From: Antedon mediterranea
Lineage: Eukaryota > Animalia > Echinodermata
Direction: 5' to 3'
DNA length: 64,000 bases
NCBI RefSeq assembly: GCF_964355755.1
Contig: NC_092680.1
Span: 10,292,001-10,356,000 of the forward strand
In this document: piece by piece, positions 39,424 to 53,770 of the stretch
Layout: each line of letters opens with the position of its first letter
How positions within the stretch are numbered: position 1 is the first letter of the stretch
Program-made: the position numbers and the translations under genes
The notes under the pieces: generated by a model
The model's input: only the letters and a program-made list of their open reading frames with translations
Databases searched by the model: none
Told to the model about the DNA's origin: nothing

Positions 39424-40825
39424 TATATATACACTTTTATACTCTTGCACAACATTCTAATTTCCATTTATTTCACTTTAAACATAAATTTTAACTCATT
39501 TGTGTTCAGAATCATTGTCATTCAAAGAGAACATAAATTTATTGATTTAAAATCATTCCAAGGTCCAGATTCAATTTTGACCATATAGTGCAAAGGTTTT
39601 TTTTCTTTCAACTCTACACTCTAAGCCTCAAATGAAAATGAGATTATTATAGCATGATAGATTATAAAATAGTTTTATCTATCCTGTATTGGCGAGTCGC
39701 TTTCTGTTAGATGCATATGAAATAAATCATTTTAAAGATAACCGGATTCTGTTGCAACCCACTATTTTATCGTGTATATATATATATATATATATATTTT
39801 ATGTTTTGTAGCTGAACCCATCTCTGAGTCTGAGGAACTGCATAGTAAAATAATCTTGAAATTTATTTAAGCTAAAACCCATTGTGAAACATACTGTATT
39901 TTGTGATATGCGGTAAAGCATAGGGAATTAATGTTTATAGTTTGTCACATCATGGAGGAAACCTCCATGGTCACATTCATTACTTGAAATGTAATATCGT
40001 TTTGGAAACATTATCCCATCATCAGTGTAATCAAATTAAATAAAAAAAAAAACTGAAATGCTTTTTTTGAAAATTAAATGAGTCATATAGTTATAGCTTT
40101 ATGGGTATGGTGCTCCGGCTACTGACCCTAGAGTCGTGGGTTCAAATCCTGTCCTGTTTTTATCTTGACAAAAAAAAAACTCTTTGTTTAAACTTTAAGA
40201 CTTGTCACCTTAAGAAAAATGGATGATACTTACGGTTTTCCTTGTCTAAATATAAATGAAAACATTAACCATTATGTTTCAATGAAGATTATCAGTTGAT
40301 TAAGTGCATTGATATTAGTAGCACTATAAGAATTAAAACGTAATTGCTTCTAGTAGAAAGCTACCTGTATGTTGTCTATGATTGATTTAGTGATCATACC
40401 CTTATAACTAATGATAAAGCATTATACACTGTCAATGCAATTGAATTAAATTACTTTTCTGATGTGAATAAATAATAAAAATAAATAATATGTTTTGTCC
40501 TGTGGCAAGACTATTAATCAATTTTGAATTTTTAATTGACATTTTTATCTATTTCAATTGCTTTTATTGTTAATATTGGTAGGCAGTATAGGATAAATCA
40601 AACCGACAGGATAATTTGTCTTTGCATCTAGATACATATAGTTCTATCCTAGCAACCCTTATCAAAATATTGTAATGTATCTGTTATTATAAGCCACCCA
40701 CAAATGATGAAATGCTTTTTAGATATACTGACTGACTGACAGAATAAAACAGATTGTCAAAAAGTAACTACATTATTCTGACTTAGTAATTATTATTATT
40801 AACTGATTAAACTCATATCATGTAA

Positions 40826-42118
40826 TCTATATATAAATTTACGTAAGGGCAAAATTCGGTAAATCGCGCCTTACTTCTATAATTTTTACTCGATGGTATA
40901 TAAAGTTGGTTCGTACTTTCGGTACTGATTTTAACCACCTGATGTAACCCTGTTTACTAATTAAATTAAGTTAGATAATAAGTTATTGACGGTTAAAACG
41001 AATTTAGGTTCCAAGATTTGCCCCAAATAGGGGTGTTTTCCGACCGTGGTATACACTGTATAATGGATGTCCGTCTTGAAAAATACCCGCCACAAAAATG
41101 CGAGGAGGCTTCGCATTTTCCTATCTCCTCCTACGATAATTGTTTTTAATAGCTGAAAACCGGTTGAACAGCTAGAGTACACCATCATAATGTTGAAGAC
41201 AGGCCGATTTTCTTTAAAAAATACTATTTTGATAGATTTAATATACGATTATACAAATCTATTGATTTGCGATGAATGGAACATCCCAATCTCTCAGTCT
41301 GCCAGAGTTTGGTTTAACACAAGTACTGTAGGTAAATTTATGAGCCCTTGGTTTAACACATACGGTAGGTAAATATATGGGCCCTTTGAGAATAAACTTG
41401 CGAGATTGTGGATAGGCTCTACTGTTAGATATATAAACACATTATTATATACAAATAAACTTTATACTGACAGTTCTTTCTCAACGTTTGTATTAATTAA
41501 TAATTACCAAATATAAACGTCGTAGTGGTGTATCGTGACATGGTACTTTAATATTTCAATCGATTATGACAGTGACAGTTTTAACTAAACTAAATAAAGA
41601 ATGTTCTCTAATATAATTAGGAATCTCTTGCCATACACGGGGAAAATTAGTGTACAATGAATATTTAAAAGAAATAAATAAATAAATAAAATAAAAAAAG
41701 TATTAAATCGCAAATGTTTTACTGTATTTAGAGGTATATTATTTATAGGCCTATAAAAAAAATATTTCGTTACTGAGTGGATAAAGAATATATTTAAAAA
41801 TTGTTCCTCTTTGTACCTATCCGCTTTCCCATCCCTCAACCCTAATGTTACATACAAAACACAAATTGGGTTTCTTTAAATGAGTCCAAATCAAAAACTT
41901 GGACTCATTTTGTGATAAGTTTCTCCTTCGGAAGTAATTCCCAGGGTGCTAATTTTAGTTGACTACATAAATCATCGTGTCTATTTATTTGTTTCTGTAA
42001 ACGACAATGTATAGGCCTATAGTCCTGCGGTACGTACATTTGAAATCGCCAGTTTTGTTACGCTGAAATTACTGTGTATTCGAGAACCATCTGTGGGAAC
42101 GACCTAGATGGTACGCGA
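40826..42118 (+). mobile_element. Non-autonomous Helitron copy B (3' hairpin truncated)
   Basis: A|TCTATATATAAATTTACG start; ends GACCTAGATGGTACGCG. Confidence 0.85.
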
Positions 42119-42287
42119 AAAAAATTAAATGATTCAACCAGAATGTCACCAATTTGATTCCAAAAAATTTATAAAATTAAATTGGATAGCCGTCACATCC
42201 CCTACTTTTTGAATTTGCTATAGATTTCAAGGCAATTGTACATTCATCTAATTCAACTTGACCACAATTTTGCTAAACTGAGGCTTG

Positions 42288-42880
42288 TTTACTGACTGAA
42301 CTGAATATTATTATTATTAGATAACTGATTTACTGACTGATAAGAGACTATAGTTTATTAACTGAACTGAATATTATTAGATGACTGATTTACTGATAAG
42401 AGACTAGTTTAGTGACTGAACTGAATATTATTAGATGACAGATTTACTGATAGGAGACTAGTTTACTGACTGAACTGAATATTATTAGATGACTGATTTA
42501 CTGATAAGAGACTAGTTTACTGACTGAACTAAATATTATTAGATGACTGATTTACTGATAAGAGACTAGTTTAGTGACTGAACTGAATATTAATTATTAT
42601 TAGATGACTGATTTACTGATAGGAGACTAGTTTACTGACTGAACCTGAATATTATTAGATGACTGATTTACTGATAAGAGACTAGTTTACTGACTGAACT
42701 AAATATTATTAGATGACTGATTTACTGATAAGAGACTAGTTTACTGACTGAACTGAATATTATTAGATGACTGATTTACTGATAGGAGACTAGTTTACTG
42801 ACTGAACTGAATATTATTAGATGACTGATTTACTGACGGATAGGAGACTAGTTTACTGACTGAATGATTAGATGACTAAA
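42288..42880. repeat. ~54-bp tandem repeat, about 10 copies
   Basis: Unit TGACTGAACTGAATATTATTAGATGACTGATTTACTGATAAGAGACTAGTTTAC. Confidence 0.95.
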
Positions 42881-42910
42881 TTATATAACTAGATAAGTAC
42901 TAGGAGATTA

Positions 42911-43103
42911 TTGATATAAAGTTAGCGGTTGAGTTTCTCGACATTTCGATTAATATGCTTTGATCGTCCTCACTCAAAGCATCAAAGCATATTGATCGAA
43001 ACGTTGAGAAACTCAACAGTTCTTTTCAGAACTAATCTACGTGGTGTAACGCAAACTTTATATCAACATTTGATTTCACCATGCAAACCTTCAAACAATA
43101 TAT
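42911..43103. mobile_element. Penelope-like remnant with inverted 5' part and degenerate hammerhead
   Basis: 13-bp TSD TACTAGGAGATTA (42898-42910, 43104-43116); IR at 42928-43017; minus strand TGAGGA-CGATCAA-AGCATA-TTAATC-GAAA-TGTC. Confidence 0.65.
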
Positions 43104-43756
43104 TACTAGGAGATTAGTTTACTGACTAAAGTTAATACTAACTGACCACCAATCAATCTAAATCACATGATGGCCTGGATTACTTAAACATGTCTGAACT
43201 CATTTGACCAGTATACTGACAGGTTAATTGATGGTTATTAAATATTCCCGCTAAATCATTACCATGATTCCTTTCATTTTGTTATTTACACGTTTTTTTC
43301 CAATAGTAGTATCCCATTAATGACAAGTTATCAGTAGAAACATGAATAGAGTGTTGTTGTAGCAACTATCTTCATTAGGTTTTATGTGTAAACCAACACT
43401 ATGGCAACGCTTTATACACTGTGTGTCTCTTTACCAATTAATTCTGTGTAAAGATAATGGCATTGGATGCCAGATAAATTCTTTTGTGTTTAATGCATAA
43501 TTAATCATAGAAGGTATGATTGTGTGATTGGCTGATTTCCTCATTTTATTTGTGACAATCGGTGTGAAGGCAGAGTCAATGGTTTTAGGTGTACTATAGA
43601 CAAAGTTTATTGTACTTTCTTAAAAACACAGATTTACTTGCCAATCTTTGATGACAACAACTACGACATTGTTTCATCACCATCGTCAGTCAGTATCATG
43701 GTAAATTTATCTGTGTAATTTTGTTATCTTTATATTTAGAATCCAAATTAATTTTT

Positions 43757-44468
43757 TTATTAGTTATCCGCAATATGCGGACAACTCCTTGTTATTGTAT
43801 TGGATCAACATTTTTTTTCTGTATTATTAGTTATCCGCAATATTTTTTTTTCTGTATTGTTCTTCTTTCTTTCTTCTATTTTTGTGAGTCGCGTTTTTCT
43901 AAAATGTGTGAACATAAACATTTCATAACTTTGACAACATATGGACATTTACCTTAAGTTGTGCACCTCCTATTTCCGAATATAAAATATAGGATTTAAA
44001 TTGTATCTTTCGTCATAGCATCACATTTAATAGAGCGCATCTAGCTTATCCGTATTCCATTTTCCCCGAGAGTTTAATATTGTCTAGCTCAATCAACTAT
44101 CTTTCGAATGATTTAAAAATATTTTAATTTTTATGTTGTCATCATATCTAAAAATTTAAAGAACTTGGGTCACATGTTTTCATCTTTACAGTAAATTTAA
44201 ATCTGTTATTGGATTGTAGATACGAATTCATGTGAACATTTTGCCAATCTTATGTGGTGACGTCACCATATGGCAGTTGAATATTTTCATATTTTACGTC
44301 ATAGTTATATATGAGCGCACATCTATATTTTACGTATTCAAATTTCTTCTACATGTTGTTACCGAGATAATTTCTTTTCAAAATTGCTATCTTTGTGTTT
44401 CATTTTGATACCGTCACCATGTTAAAAATTGGAATAAATGGCGGGAACTGTAATTTCACCTATTCTAC
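43757..44468 (+). mobile_element. Helentron/DINE-1-like non-autonomous element
   Basis: 5' hairpin AGTTATCCGC-AATAT-GCGGACAACT, TTC microsatellite, subterminal GCGGGAACT, T-rich flank. Confidence 0.5.
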
Positions 44469-44820
44469 ACTGTATGTAATGTATACAAATTATACTGTGT
44501 ATACTGATATACTATATGACACAAAATAGACAGAATTTAGCACTAATAACATAACTTTGGAAAGTTGGAAATGAATAAAGATTTTATATTACTGTAGCTT
44601 GTATTCATTTAAGTAAAATTTTAAAAATTATTATCTTTTATAAGTTTATATCATTAAGTATGATTTTTTCATTTAAAAAACTTATTTATTTTAATTTGTT
44701 TATTTATTAATTATTATTTTCTTGTTATACTTTATATTTAGTTAAGTCAGGATCCCATTGAGACAATTTTACCTTCTATATAGTTTGGATCCTTAAACAT
44801 CTTTGCTTGTATTATTGGTT

Positions 44821-45421
44821 TTTTACCTCCGCAAAGGAGGTATATGTAACCGATCGCGTGTGTCTGTTTGTTTTTTAGCAGGATTACTCAAACAAGATCT
44901 TTACCAAAATGAAAATACAGATAGATATGTGGTCAAGGACCACTCCATTAAATTTTCTGGACCACTTTTTAGTATTAGTTTTATTAGTGTTAAAAGATAG
45001 ACGGCAATTTTCAAAAGCCAGCGAGCAGTCTTAAAGTAACAAGTAAACTGAAATTGCATTTTCTCGAGAACTACTTGTCCAAAAAAAATCATTTTTGTAC
45101 AAGAGGCAAGAGTAATTTGTGATTTATAATTTTAAAACATAATTTGATTTAATGTACAGGTTTTTTGATACAAGTAGTTTTAAAAAACCGATTTCTTTTC
45201 AAATTCACCCGTTTGTTTTTGGCGTTCCTGTTCTATTGTTAGTCAACTTAAGCTATTTTAAGTTGAAAGTCTGGTTACATACTTTTCCACCAAACTCGTA
45301 TACACATGCTTGTAGTGAAATTAGCCTAAATCACACACAGCATTAACACACACACAACAAATCTTATGTAGGAGAATTTTACAGTATAGGTACAGTATGT
45401 ATTCTCAGAGTGCCTTTCTAG
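44821..45421 (+). mobile_element. Helentron/DINE-1-like non-autonomous element
   Basis: TTACCTCCGCAAAGGAGGT hairpin and GTCTGTTTGT at the 5' end; ATTCTCAGAGTG...TTTCTAG|TT at the 3' end. Confidence 0.65.
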
Positions 45422-45977
45422 TTTTATATAGTTATTTTTTCATTATCATCATCACCCTTTCTGTGCAGAACCTCAATTGAGTATAGTTGCCATGTTTGTC
45501 ACATTGTTGCAGCTTGGCTTCTCAATGTCTTTCTCCTAAATTTTCAAATGTTTATATTATTATGTTTTAAACATTTTCCTATATTTTCTAAATGTATTAT
45601 ATATTAGATTTCAAGTTTAGTTTCATAAATTAAAATATAATTTTAAATAACTTATATTCTGATATTCATTAGTTTTAGTTTATGATATCAAGAATATAAT
45701 TAAAATCTTTAATGGTCTTTCTCATATAGTAAACTAATTACAAAATGTACTATGCACAGTGTATGTGTGTTTAAAGCAACAATGAATATGAGAGAAGTGC
45801 AAATATTTGACATGTACAAATATAGAATACCCTGATGATAACATAATTATGTACTGTAGAAGTATTGAATCATTACACAATGGTTTGTATTGTATTGCTT
45901 CAAGTACCATCTCTGCAGCTGAAAAAAAAATTAAGAAAATAAAGCTGGTCACATAGATTAAATTTTCTATGTTTTAG

Positions 45978-46121
45978 TTCATCTTTACCAGATGTAGAGG
46001 TGAGCTCATCCAGGCCTGGTTCTACCAGAAAGAGAAATGCACCACTACAGATTCAGCAATCAGGAGATGTTGCGACATCATCATCTTTGACAGACAGTAC
46101 ATCAGATGATCAGACTCCTAT
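45978..46121 (+). CDS. TTC24: TTC24-like coding exon 7
   Basis: TTTTAG|T; Ser-rich; donor AT|GTATGT; phase 2 to phase 2. Confidence 0.75.
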
Positions 46122-47273
46122 GTATGTATCTACTCACAATACAGTAGAACCTCTGTTAAGGGGACACATTTGGACCCAACAAAGTGTAACCCATTATAAA
46201 ACATCCTCATTGTCTTCCTTAATATGAAGAGATCAACTGTGTATTTATGTAAACAGAATGTGCTGTTTATAATCCTACTGTGTATATTCATGAATCTATA
46301 AATTTGGAAACATGATCTTAAATCCCATGCATTTATTAAGTTACAGTACATTGCTCAATTCAATTCACATTTCAGCAGTTGAATTGGTAGGAATATTTTG
46401 TACAAATTACACATTATTTGATTTGTTTTGACTAGTCAATTATGGTTTTCAATGTTGCAATCCCTGGTTGCAATCATCATTATCTTATTAAATATTTCAT
46501 TTATAATTTACTTTTGGGTCTAAAATTATGATAATGTAATTACAGTAGGAACAATTTTAGGTTTGGAAAACATGAATTATTTATTAAATGCATTACTTTT
46601 TTCAATCAAACCCTTGTTGTGGCAAAGGTTACATTTATTCTTAAGATCAATTATTATGATAGGGTAATGTAATCAAAAGTTGATTAAAATATATTGATCT
46701 AATACGGTCACTGCAAATTAAATCGACACACAAATTTCTATCACAATTAAATGAATTTAAAAGATGCAGATTTACTTTCATTAATCTCAATGTGCCATAG
46801 CAATCACAATGTGAGGTTACCAATGGTAACTATCTGCAGCAGCAAGTAGGTCACTAATCAGGGCGGATTCATGGGGAGTGCTTACATATTATTAATATCA
46901 GCTCTGTCAAAAATACGTAGATGTAAAAAAGTAACTAATAATTTTATTTTAGATGGGGAGCCCCAAGTGCAGCCCCCCTTGATCCGCCCTTTCCAATAAA
47001 AAATGCACAAATTTTAGTGTGAGGTCCCCAATAAGTTACTGTACCTACTGTTTAGTTTCCATTTTTGTTTCAGTTCTCTATAATGGATTATACAGTATAA
47101 ATACATTTCTATTGAAGAAGCAATTTTGTGATTTTATTGTCAATAAACATTTACTGCATTTTATTGATTTATCTTGATTTTTACTAGCTTCTCTGTGAAA
47201 TATGGTTGGCATTTTAATAGCACAGTTTAATGACAATTTATAGAGTATTGTTATTATTAATTTTTTTTCGCAG

Positions 47274-47359
47274 ACCTAGATTAAATGGGACATGTGACAT
47301 TGATGAAATCGAAGGAAGCCATGAGAAAGTGGTATATGCACAGGTGACAAAACATAAAC
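47274..47359 (+). CDS. TTC24: TTC24-like coding exon 8
   Basis: TTCGCAG|A; PRLNG...EKVVYAQVTKHK; donor C|GTAAGT; phase 2 to phase 1. Confidence 0.78.
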
Positions 47360-48854
47360 GTAAGTACGTACCATAAACATTTTTAATTTCATACCAAAGG
47401 CAAAGACATTTTCCAATAAGGTAATTTTATTTACCTTCCAGAACATCACAGTCATAATTATGCTGTATATTCATGTTATTAAAGTTCTAATCTTGTTTAT
47501 TCAGATTGAGTTCAATGTACAGTAGCAATTAATTTTGGTAAATTTATATTATTATGCTAGTATAATTTAAGATAGTTTGAATTTGCTGTTGCATTGTTAG
47601 TGAGAAATAAATCATTCGTTGATTAAATTGTCCATATGTTTATATATATAAATTCAAAGGTAAATTACTGAAAAAAAACCACGTCGGCAAGAAAGTTTGT
47701 TTTATTGTTGGTTCTACTCTGCCTAGCCTAGCCCAGTAACTGGGCTATAATTTCTACTGAAAACAACAGGCCTAAAAAAGGACATGCAAACCATCGTTAG
47801 CCTGGACTGGGAGGGATGTATTACAGTGTACTTGTAACACAAAATCCTGGAGTCTCTCGGTATAATTCTCCCCCACAAAATAATAACAATCAAATTTTAT
47901 CTCATCAGTCCACCTCGTTGTTTTGCTGATCGTCGTCGATCGTGCAAATAAACAGCATGCTCTGTGAGTGAGTTGTCATATTCTAGAGGTCAAAGTGTGG
48001 TCAATAATCGCTATTTGTGTTGCAGCTCAAAACTGCTCCGCAATAATCGGTTAAAACAAGAAATAATCGGTTAAAAAACGCAATGGATTGAGTGTTTTTA
48101 ATCGGTTATTTAATTTTGCGCTGTTTCTGCTGCCCAAAAATAATCGATTATTTCTGCTCAGCACAAACAGGCCCTACAAATGTAATAATAGGTGGTTCCG
48201 GAAAAACAGTCCCAAGAATTTCTGTGGACTGTAGAATGGGCATATGTTTCTCAATAACAGCCCGTAATGGTGGCAACCTAGGGTGATAGATTTTGACCAA
48301 CAGCACTCGAATTTGGCTGACATGGTTTGTACGTCAGTGTCTGAATAGGAATGATCTTATCTTACTATTCTGGATATCCGGTTAGTTCTTCTGTAGGATT
48401 CTGAAAATCTAAATCTGAAGAACAGATACGTCTGATATGTAATGCTTGACTGTACGGTATGTTTTTAGTACAGTGTCGGGAATGACAACTGCTAGGTAGC
48501 AGGTACATATTTTTATCCGTGTGTTTGCGAAATGGGTCAGTATTGAGTGTACCATTTTATATAGTGTCCAAAAAGTCAACGCTGCTAGTGGATTTAGTAG
48601 CTGTAAATTTGTTAAATAAATAATAAATAAATCTCTGAGAATGAGAAAAAGTCGCCCCAACCGAGATTCGAACCCTTACCTTCTGCTTAATACTGTGTTG
48701 AAATTATTATTATTTATGTTTGTATGAGACTACAATGATAATGAGCTTACAGTAAGATTAATTTAATATTTAGCATTTTGTTATTTGAATTTATTGTTGC
48801 GTGTATGAAACAGACACAATAAAGAACTTTACAATTTTCAAATCTATATAAAAG

Positions 48855-49143
48855 GTGCCGAGGCTAATTCTGCTGCTGCAGATGAGGAGAGGCTATATGA
48901 AACTTTAAATTATGGATTAAAGAGCACAGCACCGCTTGGCTCATCAATGCCTATACGTGATCCTCCGTCACCACCACCGCCAACACTACCAAAAAGACAC
49001 AGTGTACGACATAAGGATCAATCTTCGTCTTCAGAGAGTGAAACAGATGATGTTGATGGAAGCACTGATAGCGAGGAAGATGAAATGTCATATAAGACAT
49101 ATGAGGCACCACAGTTTATGAAGCAATTATCAAGAGGTCAAAG
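48855..49143 (+). CDS. TTC24: TTC24-like coding exon 9
   Basis: AAG|GT (weak acceptor); RLYETL, PPSPPPPTLPKR, acidic tract; donor AG|GTAGG; phase 1 to phase 2. Confidence 0.75.
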
Positions 49144-50879
49144 GTAGGTCAAGAATTCTGTTAAACATAATTCTATTTTGAGAACAGGTCGACTATAAGG
49201 AACACGTATTCTCATTCATAGAATTTTTCATCGGGTATTTTGACATGGTCATGATCATTTTATCAGTATGTACACGTGAGAGTAAAATGTGTTGCTTTAT
49301 AAGAGTTTAGAGTAGAGTGAAAGCTTGGTGGTTAATGTCCTGATCTTTACAACCAGGCTGCAATTTGTTTTCCTCTATCGGTTCGTTTCAACCTCAATTG
49401 ACTATCTTTGGTAAGCCAGCTCACCGATGCGTGACAACGTATACAAACCGCGACAAACAGTCGTCACAACCGACAGTAATAATATGAATCTATAGGCCTA
49501 CACTAATAAGAACTTTGAGTGCCATATTAATTAATAAATACTAGGCCTACTTTGTAATTACATTAAGAACATAATAGAATGTTAAAGATATTTTAGGCCT
49601 AGGCCTACGACCCAATAATAGGCCCTATCAGATAACATTATTATTTGTTGAAGTTGAATGGACCTTTTGTCACAAACGAGGACAGGGTATCTTTCTTATG
49701 GTATGCAATTGTAGCTAGCCTAGCAAAGCTTGTGTAGGCCTACAGTATACCATGTATTACTTTTGAATTTAAAATGATGTACAGTCGGAAATCCTGTGCA
49801 CAGTGTATGTTTTTTATACTTTTTAAAATAGTATTATTAAATTCATATTTATATTGTAGGCTAATAGAAATTTTACGTTAAAGAAGTATTAATTATTATC
49901 TCCCAAAATCATGATAAAATACTAATATTTCAGACTTTTAATAGGCCATTTTGGAGTTTTAATGAAGTTACTCAATTCCATAGAAAAAAAAAATGATTTC
50001 ACTTATAAAAAAACAATATAAACAGTTAAATTTAACCAAAAACCCATTGCCTGACAGACAATTTGGCTATTTGTTGCTTTATATTATGTTTTTTTCGATT
50101 CAATTTTTACTAGTCAAAGTGAATAACTATTATGTGACATTAAAATAACATATTCAACAATAAAATGTTTACAAAAATTGTTTTTTCAGAGAGACAATAT
50201 ATCTTTAAAATTAAAAACTTATATTATTCAGAGTCTAGATTCAAGAAATTGTATTGGTCTACTTGAAATGGAAATTCATTATATTACTTTCAGAATAAAA
50301 AAATACATACAATATAATATAGCCTAAATCCTATTGTTATTACAGTATATCAAATTATTAAATCAAATTATGAATATCATTAAAATAAATTAGGTCAATT
50401 AAATATCCTAAAAATACTATACAAAAATAACTGTAACTATAACTCTTGTAATAATTTATTTGAATCCAATTTCCTGTATGAATAAAAATGTCTTTCAATT
50501 AAAAATACTTTTCTTCATTAAAAAAAAAAAGTAATACTAATACTAATATTTTATTTCGACTTATTTATTTTCTTATAGATCATGAATTTATACTGTAGCA
50601 TAAAGTTTTATTCAAGACATACAATGAAACAGCAATGAACAAGAATTTAAATATATCAAACACTGTATGTGTTTAGTCAGTACCATATTACCTATGTATT
50701 AACAATGCAGTATTTTAAATAAATTATTCAATTCAATTCAATTTCTTTATTGCTGCAAATGCCATCAAGGGCTAATATCCGCTAAAACATACATCATGCA
50801 AACATAATTATACATATTTACATTTAAAATTTAAACACATAAAAATTAGAGTCATTACTACGTACTGTAGTAATTATTA

Positions 50880-52322
50880 TCTATATATAAATTTACGTAA
50901 GGGCAAAATTCGGTAAATCGCGCCTTACTTTTAGAATTTTTACTCGATGGTATATAAAGTTGGTTCGTACTTTCGGTACTGATTTTAACCACCTGATGTA
51001 ACCCTGTTTACTAATTAAATTAAGTTAGATAATTAGTTATTGACGATTAAAACGAATTTAGGTTCAACGATTTGCCCCAAATAGGGGTGTTTTCCGATCG
51101 TGGTATACACTGTCTAATGGATGTCCATCTTGAAAAATACCCGCCACAAAAATGTGAGGAGGCTTCGCATTTTCCTATCTCCTCCTACGATAATTGTTTT
51201 TAATAGCTGAAAACCGGTTGAACAGCTCGAGTACAGTATCATAATGTTGAAGACAGGCCGATTTTCTTAAAAAAATACTATTTTGATAGATTTAATATAC
51301 GTTTATGCAAATGTATTGATTTGAAATGAATGGAACATTCCAATCTCTGTTCCACAAGTGTCTATTCCCTCAGGCGTCGTAAAGGCAAGTACTGTATACT
51401 CATAACAGAAATTCGATCCATTTTTTTTTCAATCTGTGCTGCAGAGGTTGGATATAGATTTTTTTTAACGGATAATGAGCTAGCGTTTTCAGTCGCCGTA
51501 TATTATTATGTACAAATCTTTATTATTGCAGTTAAACCACCCACGTGACATCATCACCCTTCCCTCACTGGCATGAGTAGCGTTGTAAAGCCAGTAGAGG
51601 ATAGGCCTACTGTGCATCACATGCCCTAAACGCAGAACAACTTTGGTGGGTAGGGTTAGGAACCAACTTAAGTATGAATTGGCTCTAAGAAACAATTGAA
51701 AACCATTAGGCCTACTAATTAAGTTGAGTTAGATAATTTAATATTTATTGACGATTAAATCGAATTTATGATTTGCCACGAATAGGGGTGGTTTTCACAA
51801 ATTGTTTTACATTATATAAACATATTATACACGTCGTAGTGATGTATCGTTACATGTACTATACTATTTCAATCGACTAGGACGGTTTTCAACAATGTTT
51901 TACTGTGTTTAGTGGTATATTATTTGTAAAACATGAAAACAATTAATATTTCGTTACTACATGGATGGATAAAGAATATATTTAAAAATTGTTCCTCTTT
52001 GCACCCATCCTCTTTCCCATCCCTCAACCCTAATGTTACATACAAAACACAAATTAAGTTTGTTTAAATTTGACTTAAACAATTGGTCTCATTTTGTGAC
52101 AAGTTTCTCTTTCGGAAGGAAGTAATTCCCAGGGTGCTAATTTTAGTTCAGTACATAAATCACAGTGTCTATTTATTCGTTCCTGTAAACGACATGTATT
52201 ATTGTCCTGCGGTACATACATTTGAAATCGCCTGTTTTTTAACGCTGAAATTATTATGTATTCGAGAACCATCTGTGGGCACGACCTAGATGGTACGCGA
52301 GCGAAGCGAGCGTATCATCTAG
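50880..52322 (+). mobile_element. Complete non-autonomous Helitron copy C
   Basis: A|TC...CTAG|T; 3' hairpin CTAGATGGTACGC..GCGTATCATCTAG. Confidence 0.9.
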
Positions 52323-53297
52323 TTATGTTTAATTATTGTAATTATTGTTATTATGATTATTGTTATTGTTATTATAATAATTGATAAAAGTGTAAGAAAT
52401 TATAGGTTACATCTTAAGGGCAGTTATAGGCCTACTAGTATTATTGTCTATTATATGTATATGTACTTTTTTTTGGGAAAATTATAAAAAATACATACAA
52501 AGTAAAACATTCAATTACTGACACACTACAAATACATTTAATAATAAAAGATTTCCCAGGAAACTTATATAATATGATACTATCATCTTATCATGAAGAT
52601 CGGTTTTCTGTATTCCATTGATTTTTCAAAATGTCAACAATACCAATGGTTTCTGAAATAAATTAATTTTTAAAAAAATGTGTTTCCACTGGCCAAGATA
52701 TCATTAAATTAAATATACAATATTAAAAGCTTTATTTTGACGCTTAAAACCTAAAGCAAATTGTATTTGGTTTTATAAAAACATCTGTTAGTGTTACTGT
52801 ACACATAATTTCTAACCTACTACATCATTTTATTAAAATAAAAAGTAGTACTGTACATGAAAATACTATTTTGAAGCACACGTAGGGCTAGGCTAGCTAG
52901 GCCTTGTGACAACTGACAAATGAATGCTGCTGTGTATCTGATGGTACATTGGTTTGTGGCTGCCTATTTAGTATTAATAAAATGTCTTCAAATTATATAC
53001 AATAATAATGCTCTTACCAAACCGATGGAGGACTGTCGAACAGAAAAAAAAATCGCGTCCAAGGTGCCTGTTGACCTTAGTGCCAGAGTTCTGATTCATT
53101 ACTGTAAAACAGCTTCACCCTGCATGATATACTGTAGGTTATCCATCCTGTAATGTGCTGTTGAATGCAAGTGAATAGAAAAAATGAGTTTATTATCTTG
53201 TAAGTGTCAATTATGTATATTTAATTATCGAATAATATGGTTATAGAGAAAGACATTTTGAGACACAGTATTTTAATTTGTTTAATTCTGTTTTCAG

Positions 53298-53526
53298 AGA
53301 AAAAGGACTTTATCAGATTGCTTTACAGAAATCATATTCAAAAACATTTATTGATGCAGTAAATAAAGTTAAAGAGAACAATAGGAAATTATCAGAAAGT
53401 CAGAATAGCTCACAAAATCTGTCAGAAAATCCTTCTAGTTCAATGACATCTATGAAGTCATCAGGGTCAGAATTGTCAACAAAATCTACCATGTCAACCA
53501 AGTCTAAAGCATGTGTTATTATGTGA
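53298..53526 (+). CDS. TTC24: TTC24-like last coding exon, ends KSKACVIM-stop (CaaX)
   Basis: TTTTCAG|A, phase 2; TGA at 53524-53526; summed CDS 2376 nt = 791 aa + stop. Confidence 0.8.
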
Positions 53527-53770
53527 GAAAAACTTCCATTCCACCATGTGGCAGTAACCTATGCTCAAGCGATTACGACCAGCAGTGCAGTATAACATAT
53601 TTAGCAGCATTAGAAGGCTGTTCCTCAAGTCACGATCATACTGTGATTAAGGCGCTGACCAGCTGATAGTGGTGTGTGATCAGTAATCACCATAGAGTCG
53701 AATGTATTATGACAACATGCATGTGTACAGTATCATGTGGACAACATACTTATCTATTATGTGGACGGGT

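Noticed and set aside
40085-40155. tRNA gene candidate (also a B-box fragment at ~48655-48685)
   Set aside because: Only a B-box-like motif remains and no cloverleaf forms; these are likely SINE or tRNA relics.
47909-47965. Possible extra exon (CAG...GTGAGT) in intron 8
   Set aside because: Exons 8 and 9 already join in phase and the region looks repeat-derived; it cannot be supported without RNA data.
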